64,000 nucleotides of DNA from a virus (Duplodnaviria > Caudoviricetes), in the IMG/VR virus record IMGVR_UViG_3300037721_000031, positions 96,001 to 160,000 of that record; one strand, 5' to 3'. Under the pieces are notes generated by a model. It worked only from the letters and a program-made list of their open reading frames with translations. It was not told the DNA's origin and did no database searches. The position numbers and the translations under genes were made by a program. Positions 58,236-64,000 of the stretch are shown piece by piece. The number at the start of each line of letters is the position of its first letter. Position 1 is the first letter of the stretch.

Positions 58236-58829
58236 TTACAAAGGTTTACGCCACCCAAGAATATCTGTCATTGCGAATGTTCTACGATCATCACGAATAT
58301 GACAATATGCATCAATAAGCCACTGATGATCAGGATGATGCTTACTAGTACCATAACGCGGCGGCCATCTCATTGTGATAAGACGCCATTCCCTTTTCCC
58401 AGCATAATTCACATAATCGATTTCAACAGCACCAGAAGAAGCGCACAGCATTACCATAGTAGCTAGGTGCGTGACCTGTCTTCTACTATTATCGTTATCA
58501 ACATAAAAAGTTTCAAGAGAATGATGCCACCACTTCGGTCTTTTATCGTTCGGCATCAAACTCAGTAGCTTTAGTAACTTAATAATAAAGCTGCTTAAAT
58601 GTTCAATAGCAATGTTAATTGTTCCTGATTGCTTTACTTTACCGCGCGGATCAGTAAACACGGCACATATTTTAAACACAGCCTGCGTAATGTCAATACG
58701 CGGTGAGATGATTGGAATAGCTACAGCCATTACATTTTGCTCTGTACTCTTTACGTCACCGTCAATTCGTACACCGCACATATGTCTATTACCGACTGCA
58801 GATGAAACATAATACATTACTTTATTCAT
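58236..58829 (-). CDS. Protein with C-terminal WYL-like domain
   Basis: VEIDYVNYAGKREWRLI...YGTSKHHPDHQWLIDAYCHIRDDRRTFAMTDI matches the WYL-domain pattern. Confidence 0.65.
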   Translation of the reverse strand: MNKVMYYVSSAVGNRHMCGVRIDGDVKSTEQNVMAVAIPIISPRIDITQAVFKICAVFTDPRGKVKQSGTINIAIEHLSSFIIKLLKLLSLMPNDKRPKWWHHSLETFYVDNDNSRRQVTHLATMVMLCASSGAVEIDYVNYAGKREWRLITMRWPPRYGTSKHHPDHQWLIDAYCHIRDDRRTFAMTDILGWRKPL

Positions 58830-58878
58830 AGCGGGACCTTACCTATTCATTTAAAAAAATAAATACATTAAAACAATG

Positions 58879-58910
58879 ACACTATAATGCGCAATTGCGC
58901 ATTATAGTGT
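58879..58910. terminator. Perfect 32-bp palindrome
   Basis: ACACTATAATGCGCAA|TTGCGCATTATAGTGT downstream of 58928..59302. Confidence 0.6.
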
Positions 58911-58927
58911 TTACTGGTAAATGGTTA

Positions 58928-59302
58928 TTACCATTCCATGACTTTAACATCTTTTTGTTCAGGTTCTTTTTGCTTGTCGAGTTGGTTCAGTAATGTACCA
59001 ATCTCGTTCCGACGGTAGATAATTTTCATGTAGACACAGACGTTTGTCATGCAGCCAGTGTTGGCCTTCTTAACCCACGCACTGTGTTGTCTGTCGTAGT
59101 TGTTTTTGAAGTCTTGGGTCAGTTTCTTGCTGTCGTAGACTTGACCAAGGAAATAGTCCATCTCCATCTGAGCGATCCGAAGCTGACCTGCATAACACTG
59201 ATCGACAGCATACGCATCACGTTGCATGTCACAAGCGAGGTTCTGCGCTGAAGAAGAAATTGACAGTATGCTCAGGAAGATGAATGCAATAAGCTTTTTC
59301 AT
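58928..59302 (-). CDS. Secreted LprI/DUF1311-like protein (lysozyme-inhibitor family)
   Basis: Signal peptide; C-x9-C, Q.AW...R/N..GC...C...R pattern. Confidence 0.55.
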   Translation of the reverse strand: MKKLIAFIFLSILSISSSAQNLACDMQRDAYAVDQCYAGQLRIAQMEMDYFLGQVYDSKKLTQDFKNNYDRQHSAWVKKANTGCMTNVCVYMKIIYRRNEIGTLLNQLDKQKEPEQKDVKVMEW

Positions 59303-59333
59303 GATGAAACTTTCTAGAGGATGTTGAACGATA

Positions 59334-59377
59334 CGGCATACAAGGCTATGGGATTAGTCCATAGCCTTGTATGCCGC
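59334..59377. terminator. Hairpin terminator
   Basis: 20-bp perfect stem CGGCATACAAGGCTATGGGA/TCCCATAGCCTTGTATGCCG, loop TTAG. Confidence 0.75.
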
Positions 59378-59402
59378 GATTGATTATCTCTAACGAGAAC
59401 TA

Positions 59403-59765
59403 TTAAACTTCAGCCAGCTGGAGATGCTTGTAGTCACAGACGCCATTTCGGTCAAGACCCTGTGTATCACATCCGAAGATGTCATAGCCTTCACGGTCGA
59501 AACCATGCACGTCACGACCGTCGACGTTGTAACCGTCATGAGGTGAATTCATGAAGTCAACCAATTCGGCATTGGTGCGATCTTTGTGATTCAACCAGTC
59601 CAGCTGCGCTTCCGTCAATTCGAAACGCTCCAGTACGGTGTTGCGATGGAATCGAGTATTAACTGTAGATAGACCCAGAGCGTATACTGCAGTCTCAAAG
59701 AAACTGCTTTCAGAAGCAGCCATGTACGAAATGATGCGCTCAAAACGTTCAGTATCAAATACCAT
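59403..59765 (-). CDS. Hypothetical protein with G-x-D/N-x-x pentapeptide repeats
   Basis: GYNVD GRDVH GFDRE GYDIF GCDTQ GLDRN; ATG 59765 after GGAG. Confidence 0.55.
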   Translation of the reverse strand: MVFDTERFERIISYMAASESSFFETAVYALGLSTVNTRFHRNTVLERFELTEAQLDWLNHKDRTNAELVDFMNSPHDGYNVDGRDVHGFDREGYDIFGCDTQGLDRNGVCDYKHLQLAEV

Positions 59766-59845
59766 AAGGTTCTCCAATTGAGTGAATCGGTTTGAGAAAA
59801 CTATCAGATAAAATCTAGAAAATCTCATTTGATAGTAAAGTAACT

Positions 59846-59877
59846 TACAGAGTCGTGCTAAGTGGCACGACTCTGTA
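59846..59877 (-). terminator. Hairpin terminator
   Basis: 13-bp stem TACAGAGTCGTGC/GCACGACTCTGTA downstream of 59913..61316. Confidence 0.65.
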
Positions 59878-59912
59878 GTTACACTGACCTACACTGATTT
59901 CTTATTTTTTTT

Positions 59913-61316
59913 TTACTTACTCTGCAAAGCATTCTTCAGCTTGTCAGCAAAAGCCGACTTCACTTCATCACCCACCGTGTACGACTTCCGCTGCTTGTTG
60001 TTATTGGGAAGAGGATCACCCAGAGCAGCATGGACATCACCACGTTGGACATGCTCTTTTACAGCATTCACTACAGCAGCTGTATCGAAAGTCACCAGAG
60101 TACCAGCACCGGATGACGCAACAGGACTGTCATCCATGTACTGAATACTCGGAGTCATTCCACGCGCAAACTTTTCACCGTGACCAGCATTACCATTGGA
60201 CTTACCACGGCCACCTTTCGCTTTTGACGAAGGCGCACGCGTGCTATCGCTAAGCTCATTGGCATTAGTGAACTTATCACCGCTAGTATCAAACTTACCG
60301 TCTTGGAAACGAGGCTTGCGCTCAACCTTAACCTTACCACGACCATCAGGGACGTTGTTGGCCACAACACCAATCGAATCCATTTCAGCGAGCAAAGTCT
60401 GCTTGAGACGAGTAGCTGTATCAAGCAACGCCGTCAGGTCTTGCTTCAGATTTTCGTACGAGTTACTGGGTTCGATCTTCGACTGTTCCTTGACCACCGG
60501 CTTACGGGTACTGTTGTTATATACCCGAGCGCTACGAGTTGCGGTGTTGTTTTGAATTGCTTGGTAAGGCACCCGAAGAGTTCCGGCGATACCGACCGGA
60601 ATCTTTCCAGTCAGACGAACCTTCAACACCTTCTCACCGAATTGAGCAGCCATCGTCACCAGACCACTGGCTTGATCGATTTCGTTCTTCAGCACCGACC
60701 CAGACACCAGGATGCTCTGGAAAGTAGCAGACAGTTGATTCTTCCTCTCAGCACTCATTGCGGAATACGTGCCACCCAGAACACGAGCAAGTCCATCACC
60801 AAGATCCAACACCTTTTCATAACCAAACTCAGGAAACTCACCCATCAGGGCAGTCATGAAAGTTGCTGCGCGGCTAGTATCGGCCGGATCCTTGTAACGA
60901 CAGATGCTTTCCGGCTTGTTACCGTCGTTCGAGAGGGCCATGATGACACCATGCAACACCGCCAATACCATGTGATCCCACACCGGCACAGACACTTGGG
61001 GAGTCTTGTACAGCACGTCAAAGGTACCATTGACATGAGTAGACACACGCACCAGGCCAGTTGAATCTTCCCAGATTTCACTCTGAGAAACTGGCTTACG
61101 CGGGGTCTTTTCCTTGACCGGGTTCACCAGCTCATCAGTCACCGTGTTACTGAGATCGATAACTGCACTGGCTTGGTGAGTACTGGCTGAAGTATCCGAC
61201 GTCAGGCCAGGGATGCTGTTTGCTGCCGCTTCTGCTTGAACATAGGAACCGGGACGTTCAGAAAGAACTTCACAAAGTGTGACGTCAGAAACAACAGAGT
61301 TAGAATCGTTCGACAT
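59913..61316 (-). CDS. Highly expressed-looking hypothetical protein (GC-rich codon usage)
   Basis: ORF track 59913..61394; ATG 61316 after AAGGA preferred; basic, low-complexity C-terminal half. Confidence 0.6.
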   Translation of the reverse strand: MSNDSNSVVSDVTLCEVLSERPGSYVQAEAAANSIPGLTSDTSASTHQASAVIDLSNTVTDELVNPVKEKTPRKPVSQSEIWEDSTGLVRVSTHVNGTFDVLYKTPQVSVPVWDHMVLAVLHGVIMALSNDGNKPESICRYKDPADTSRAATFMTALMGEFPEFGYEKVLDLGDGLARVLGGTYSAMSAERKNQLSATFQSILVSGSVLKNEIDQASGLVTMAAQFGEKVLKVRLTGKIPVGIAGTLRVPYQAIQNNTATRSARVYNNSTRKPVVKEQSKIEPSNSYENLKQDLTALLDTATRLKQTLLAEMDSIGVVANNVPDGRGKVKVERKPRFQDGKFDTSGDKFTNANELSDSTRAPSSKAKGGRGKSNGNAGHGEKFARGMTPSIQYMDDSPVASSGAGTLVTFDTAAVVNAVKEHVQRGDVHAALGDPLPNNNKQRKSYTVGDEVKSAFADKLKNALQSK

Positions 61317-61448
61317 GGTAAATCCTTTTAGGGAGAGTTGGTTGGTTTGGTGGGTTACACGATAACTAGTCAACCATAACTTGTTAACGTGCATTTTTCT
61401 CTTGATAAGAATAATGCTTTACTATTACTCTATCTAGAGAGAATTTCT

Positions 61449-61856
61449 TTAGTAGACTCCATTTATCACGGAAATCAAAACTGGACTACCGCTGGCCACG
61501 CTTCGAATTGTAAGAACGTACGTCGAAGTTGTTTCAATAGCTCCAAAGTATGTCAGTTGTACAATGAAGTGTTTTGACTTTGTCTTATGGCTCAGATACT
61601 CGTGACAACCTGTCAGTGCTGCAGTAAATCCAATCAGACACTCACTGAACTCTTCAGAGATAGCGCTGGTGGGATTGGCTGACCTCACTAACCGAGTACG
61701 AGCCAATCGCTTCTCGATTGTGTGGAACAAAGATGAATCTGGAGAGGTGATCTGAATCATCTTTTCATCAACACCATTACCACCCAGAAACACAATGAGT
61801 GCGCTGAAGAGACCTCGCTTGTTGTATGTTTCCAAGGCGCATGCTAGTTTTGACAT
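61449..61856 (-). CDS. Hypothetical protein
   Basis: 135-aa ORF with AGGA RBS. Confidence 0.55.
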   Translation of the reverse strand: MSKLACALETYNKRGLFSALIVFLGGNGVDEKMIQITSPDSSLFHTIEKRLARTRLVRSANPTSAISEEFSECLIGFTAALTGCHEYLSHKTKSKHFIVQLTYFGAIETTSTYVLTIRSVASGSPVLISVINGVY

Positions 61857-61868
61857 GATTTATCCTAT

Positions 61869-62096
61869 TTAGGAAAGATTGGGGTACGGATCGGAAGACA
61901 GTGATTCCAGCATATTCTTTATTTCTTGGATGTTTTCTTGACTGTATGCCGTCACACGGATATGACTATCAGTCTGCTCATCAGCCAACCACGTGATACC
62001 GGTGGCGCTGATGATTCCCCAGTTTTCACTGGAGTTTACTACATCGACAGAAAAGGGCTTCGATTTTTCAATACAGACTAATTGATCCATGATCAT
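61869..62096 (-). CDS. Hypothetical protein
   Basis: 75-aa ORF with GGGA RBS. Confidence 0.5.
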   Translation of the reverse strand: MIMDQLVCIEKSKPFSVDVVNSSENWGIISATGITWLADEQTDSHIRVTAYSQENIQEIKNMLESLSSDPYPNLS

Positions 62097-62177
62097 TTCC
62101 CATTAATGGTTGATTGTGATAAAAAGAAAATATGTAACAGCAAGAATAAAAGCACATCCTGCCTCTATTTCAATTTT

Positions 62178-62203
62178 GTTATATGTATCTGAAATAAAAT
62201 ACA
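62178..62203 (-). promoter_or_regulatory. Putative early promoter, copy 2
   Basis: Minus strand TGTATTTTATTTCAGATACATATAAC; 23/26 identical to 52605-52630; upstream of the minus-strand gene run. Confidence 0.55.
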
Positions 62204-62234
62204 ATTAAAAAATAATTACAGATTACATTAGGGC

Positions 62235-62274
62235 ATAAAGAATCAAGACCTTCTAAAAGACCTTGATTCTTTAT
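62235..62274 (-). terminator. Hairpin terminator
   Basis: 13-bp stem ATAAAGAATCAAG/CTTGATTCTTTAT downstream of 62290..62877. Confidence 0.6.
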
Positions 62275-62289
62275 TCTAATTTATGTAAT

Positions 62290-62877
62290 TCAGGTACGTA
62301 GTGCTTTTTTCTTCATTTCAACCAGTAGTTTCTGACTAGCAAATTCTGAAGCATCACATTCAGTCCTAAGCATTAGAAGAATGTTCTCTGTATTACTAGA
62401 CAACTTCATTTTAGCTAATTGCATCATGTGGCTGTGTTTTACTTTTTCATTCTCTCTGAAAATAAACTGAACAAAGGTACCACGATCTGAGTTATCAAAG
62501 AAATGATGCGGAACAGAAATACTATCGACTATTTCAGACAAAGTGCAAGACAAGAGCTTGACAGCAGTCTTATTACTGCGAGACTGCAATGGATTACTTA
62601 CTTTGCTAGAAACTATTTTAATTTCTGAGTTAAATCCATAGTCGATGTTTCTTACTAGATTTGACAATGTATTCATAAATTGGAAGTTATATGTGTTCTT
62701 ATCCAACTTCAAACCATTGCGACACTTTAACCAATCTTTAGCACCCATCAATACTAGCTGAATCCATAGAGCATTGGCTGGATTCATGTACCAGTTATCA
62801 TCATTCCAAGCAATAGCCCCCTGTGTAATTACATACCTAGAACCATCTTGAGCCGGAAGTAGTTTTGAAATGATCAA
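62290..62877 (-). CDS. Hypothetical protein
   Basis: 195 aa, TTG start with GAGGA RBS. Confidence 0.55.
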   Translation of the reverse strand: MIISKLLPAQDGSRYVITQGAIAWNDDNWYMNPANALWIQLVLMGAKDWLKCRNGLKLDKNTYNFQFMNTLSNLVRNIDYGFNSEIKIVSSKVSNPLQSRSNKTAVKLLSCTLSEIVDSISVPHHFFDNSDRGTFVQFIFRENEKVKHSHMMQLAKMKLSSNTENILLMLRTECDASEFASQKLLVEMKKKALRT

Positions 62878-62947
62878 TTTATCCTCACTATGAGTCTGGT
62901 TACAATCACACTATTGCCATTTATAACATAAAAAAATTTTAACAGAA

Positions 62948-62976
62948 AAGAGGATGGGAGTTAATCCCATCCTCTT
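62948..62976. terminator. Hairpin bordering the structured non-coding region
   Basis: 12-bp stem AAGAGGATGGGA/TCCCATCCTCTT. Confidence 0.6.
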
Positions 62977-62999
62977 CCTGCCTACTACCTGTTTTTTGT

Positions 63000-63860
63000 A
63001 TCCACACTTTCTTGGCTGTGTGGATTTAATTTTGAGTGCTCAAGACTCACCTTCGAAGGGACAGGATATTAATCTTCAGTACTACCTTCATCGCAAGAAA
63101 GAAGTGCGCACTTCCTCTCACTAGTACTTGCATCGGGTCCTTAAATGGCGTTACCCCGAATGGTTATTTAATGGCCACTACTTTTCAATTAATTTAAGCG
63201 ATCCTGTCTACGGCTTCCAGCGACATCCGGGCATGTAAAGCTACTGGAATTTCATGTGCCACAACCGCAGACACTTAAGAGCCGCGTATCTCTTAAGTTG
63301 GATCACAGGTGGAGTCTCGATCTGGTTTATCATGTAACATCGGTAAGGCTCCCACATCACCAACATTAATACCTCAATGCCATTTGGTGTTAAAACTGAT
63401 CGTTAGCTCTCTGTTGGATTATTATCCGAGAGAGGTTCCTAGAGTTCTGTAAAATGCATCGAGTCAGGTAAAGACTCCACCTGTGATCCAATATCTATAA
63501 CAAGACGGTTCCGTGTACAATGTGTAGTCTAACTAATAAATAAAACCTACACTATCATACACTACTAGTTTTAGGTATCAGTTTCCTTCCGAATCCACCG
63601 TAAGTTTGGAAGGTTTTATTCGTTGTTTCAAGCACTTTACTCTACACCCACTCTACTCGACGATTTCCAAATTACATGGAAATGGTTAGGCCCTTTCGCG
63701 AGAGTCCGGTAAAATATAAAACTTGAAAAACGAAATTGAATGTTGTCTGAAGCTGCCTCGACAGTGAGACCCAAGAGCGTACGTTTACGCGTGTCCCTAG
63801 ACGGTGGAGATACTATCTCACTTTAACCGACTCTTATGCATATCTTCAGACAACAACCTT
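63000..63860 (+). ncRNA. Candidate large structured non-coding RNA
   Basis: No ORF of 60 aa or more; many nested stems, including 20-bp and 12-bp perfect long-range pairings; several stems close only with G-U pairs on the + strand. Confidence 0.5.
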
Positions 63861-63863
63861 TAC

Positions 63864-63998
63864 TCACCCGATTAAATAGATGAGTGAATCAATAGTAGCT
63901 GCATTATGAACACAATCGTAGAAAGAGTTCCGGCGAAAATGTTCAAACGTGTATGTAGCGTCATCGACAATGATCTTCTTAAACTTGTGTAGAGACTC
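63864..63998 (-). CDS. 3' end of a gene entering from the right edge (hypothetical)
   Basis: Open frame ...ESLHKFKKIIVDDATYTFEHFRRNSFYDCVHNAATIDSLIYLIG* ending at TGA 63864-63866. Confidence 0.35.
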   Translation of the reverse strand, partial: ESLHKFKKIIVDDATYTFEHFRRNSFYDCVHNAATIDSLIYLIG

Positions 63999-64000
63999 TC

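Noticed and set aside
59941-61064. + strand ORFs opposite 59913..61316
   Set aside because: The same antisense codon-bias artefact.
63000-63860. tRNA, tmRNA, RNase P or group II intron
   Set aside because: I found no cloverleaf with a TTCGA T-loop, no tmRNA ends, only a partial GAGAGTCCGG resemblance to RNase P without the 3' P4 strand, and no convincing domain V.
1-64000. Stop-codon reassignment (seen in some jumbo phages)
   Set aside because: Core genes are full length under the standard code, and TAG and TGA terminate genes at sensible positions.

Overview
This window is part of a phiKZ-like (Chimalliviridae-type) jumbo myophage genome. It is AT-rich and uses the standard genetic code. 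The conserved core includes a UvsX/RecA-like recombinase (partial, left edge, missed by the ORF track), SbcC/Rad50 ATPase, central spike, RNase H, RuvC, a probable portal, a non-virion RNA polymerase beta N-terminal subunit, the major capsid protein and DnaB helicase. The main result is a ~15 kb accessory operon (20083-35123) directly after two His-rich repeat tail fibres. It encodes eight radical SAM enzymes, a JmjC/cupin-type oxygenase, three unknown partner proteins and a 191-aa protein ending in (Cys-His-x-x)3-RGRR. This is most simply read as a phage-encoded RiPP-like post-translational modification system, possibly acting on a virion or fibre-tip protein (inference). An HNH endonuclease has inserted into one rSAM gene, supplied a new 3' end and left the old 3' end stranded downstream. 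The right end holds an ~860-nt ORF-free, heavily base-paired segment that looks like a large + strand ncRNA. All family calls come from motif recognition by eye; no database search was run.
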